The position numbers and the translations under genes are program-made. A stretch of 62,019 nt of DNA, the filler included, from Globobulimina sp. (Eukaryota): the NCBI GenBank assembly GCA_003354225.1. It is 29 parts of 29 records of this genome, joined end to end, with 100 filler letters (N's around TTAATTAATTAA, not from the genome) between each part and the next. Parts side by side here need not be neighbours in the genome. Positions count along the whole stretch, not along the records: positions 59,980 to 62,019 come from PIVH01009510.1; 28 more parts are not named here. One strand, written 5' to 3'. Positions within the stretch are counted from its first letter, which is position 1, and every line of letters starts with the position of its first letter. A model generated the notes under the pieces. The model saw only the letters and a list, made by a program, of their open reading frames with translations. It did not search any database and was not told the DNA's origin. Positions 59,980 through 62,019 of the stretch are shown one piece after another.

Positions 59980-61972
59980 CAGGTTTGAGGAGCAAAACAT
60001 TTGCATTTATTGTCAATTATTTGAGCCCAAAATGGAACAGCTGGTAATCTTGATTTTGATGTTTGGAATGGACACATTTGCGGTGGGCATGGATAATGTT
60101 TTTGATTCAGATTACCGCAACACGGATTATCTGACCATGCATATCTTATTCCAGAAATCATATTTTCGCCATTCTCATAAAACGAAGAGATATCTAAATT
60201 CACAGAATTACCACTCACATCCATAGTGACTGCGCCATCATCAATCGGTTGCCATCGAGAATTATTATTTAACACAATTGCATTTTGATATTGCACAGTC
60301 AATGATTTATTATACCAGGCATCAAAGGGTTGGTAAAATAATTCCTCCGCATACATCATTGATTTATTAAATTGTATGATTAAGGTTTTGCTGCTATCAT
60401 CAATCAAACATCCGGAGATCACTGGTCCCGAATATGCAAGAATTCCATCAATACCATACACAAATTTTGCAATCACAGCCGCCATTCTTACACCAACAAA
60501 TATCTTTGGACGAGGATGAACTGGACCCTTTATACAATAATAGATAATAAATAATAATAATAATTATACACAACATACCATAAACCATTTTGTGCCATTT
60601 CCTAGGCTGTCATTGGCTGTATACGGTGCTGTTGGATCCAGGCAATTAGCACCGCAGCCTGCATACCACGGATCGCCAATGTCATGTGCTTGCACCACAA
60701 ATGTCTTTGCTTCTTCGCCATCTGGCGGTGGAAGTATATCATAATTAAGCATCTGATTCCAGCGAAAAGGACCCATGCTAGGCTGGTTACCTTCAGATGT
60801 TCCAGACGCTAATGTTACTAAACCAAACGGCACCATATCTCCATTTACTAAGCTCCAGTTCGCTCGAAACTGTTCAATCATTAGTTGTTCCATACATGCA
60901 TAACCTGTATTATTCAAAACATTTCCACCATATTTGCCCGCTGCATCACGACCCACATTATTCTCGCCTTGATACCACAATATTGATTTAATCGTCATAT
61001 TAATCCAAGGCATAACACATCCATTGCTACATATTCATATACAGCATATATTAAATATTACGCAATTTATGTTACATACTATAATCCGCCACAAGCAGGA
61101 CCAGGACAGGCAGTTGTATTTGCAACACAATATTTGTCGACCGTGTGATTTAAGGTCCACGCTTCAATGATTGTACCACCAACGGCAGATTCAATCAAAC
61201 CAAAAGTAATGTTATTCATTGCATAATTATCTGATAAAACTTGTGCAGTATAAAAGCAAACAGAACTAAACGAATCCAATAAAGTGATGGTTGTACTATT
61301 TACTTGATTCCATCTAAATTCCCCGCCGTGAGCATTATTCACTGGAATAACGAATGTCTGATTGGCTTGAGCCCCTTCAGCAGATTTAAAGAAACGTATA
61401 TTGGAATATTTGCCTAATTTAGTGATATTGCCATAGGTATAATTTCTTGAAAATGTATAATGGAGTTCCAACTGCATATTGCTTTGACCGCTGCAGAAGA
61501 ATATGTCACCAAATGTTACATTTGTAATGGTGTCAGTCTGATTGGATTTGCATGCAGCACACGAGACTGCCAATGTATAATTTCCACCATTTTTATATGT
61601 GAGAGGTAATGTTATCTTCCAGTCACTGTTTTGCATTGAATTGGCATTGTGTTTGCTAATTTGTTTCGTACCCTCGTCAGTCATAGTCAATACAATGGGC
61701 GTGTACGGTGTATCTGATGCTCCATATAATGATGCATGATATGGTTCACGTTGTAGCACACAATTATCAGTGAATACACCGCTAAATAAAACACCTACAA
61801 CATTGGCACGGAAATCGTTTGTCCTTTTGGAGTTGAATTCGATTTGTTCTTCAATAGATAATAAATCCATTGGATTGTGCATTTCCGTCCATTTTCTTTC
61901 TGCGACAGTTCTAAATTCTCTTGCTAATAAACAGCAGAAAAGGTTAATTAGTAAAATGAAGGTTGTTGACAT
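59980..61972 (-). CDS. Sialate O-acetylesterase-like (SASA) secreted enzyme; introns 61027-61079 and 60528-60578
   Basis: FTDNCVLQR, FGDIFFCSGQSNM, SAVGGTIIEAW, LWYQGENN, GPVHPRPK, RYAW, LPAVPF. Confidence 0.9.
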
Positions 61973-62019
61973 TATTCTGTGTTTTGCAGTACTTGACAGG
62001 TTTTTTACATTTTCTGATT

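Noticed and set aside
1-62019. Alternative genetic code (stop reassignment)
   Set aside because: TAA, TAG and TGA all terminate recognisable genes at plausible positions; only one internal TAG was seen.

Overview
This window is not one locus. It is 29 unrelated ~2.04 kb contigs (2044 down to 2040 bp, apparently length-sorted) joined by artificial 100-nt spacers (N44-TTAATTAATTAA-N44), so gene neighbourhood is only meaningful within a contig. The DNA is AT-rich and eukaryotic, with short GT-AG introns (mostly ~50-85 nt), short intergenic gaps and apparently the standard genetic code. Gene content (class C GPCR, G-alpha, flagellar IQUB, Arp2/3, SIT-like transporter) and A-rich intron 3' ends suggest a protist, plausibly a foraminiferan/rhizarian; this is inference, and the contigs could come from more than one organism. 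Recognisable genes include BMS1, PUS10, AP-3 sigma, ARPC4, importin-alpha-like, Skp1-like, a probable midasin fragment, HECT and RING ligases, a Cid1-type nucleotidyltransferase and a sialate O-acetylesterase. Mobile DNA includes an intron-containing Crypton-like tyrosine recombinase, a disrupted Penelope-like RT, a DIRS/Ngaro-like gag-RT fragment on a terminally redundant contig, a retropepsin ORF and several MITE-like inverted-repeat elements. The most notable items are a SIT-like silicon transporter, an MT-A70 protein resembling the MTA9/AMT6-7 subunit of the ApT 6mA DNA methyltransferase complex but with a DPPF motif, the spliced Crypton-like recombinase, and a tandem two-domain TyrB10/GlnE7 globin. 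All family calls are from motif recognition; no searches were run.
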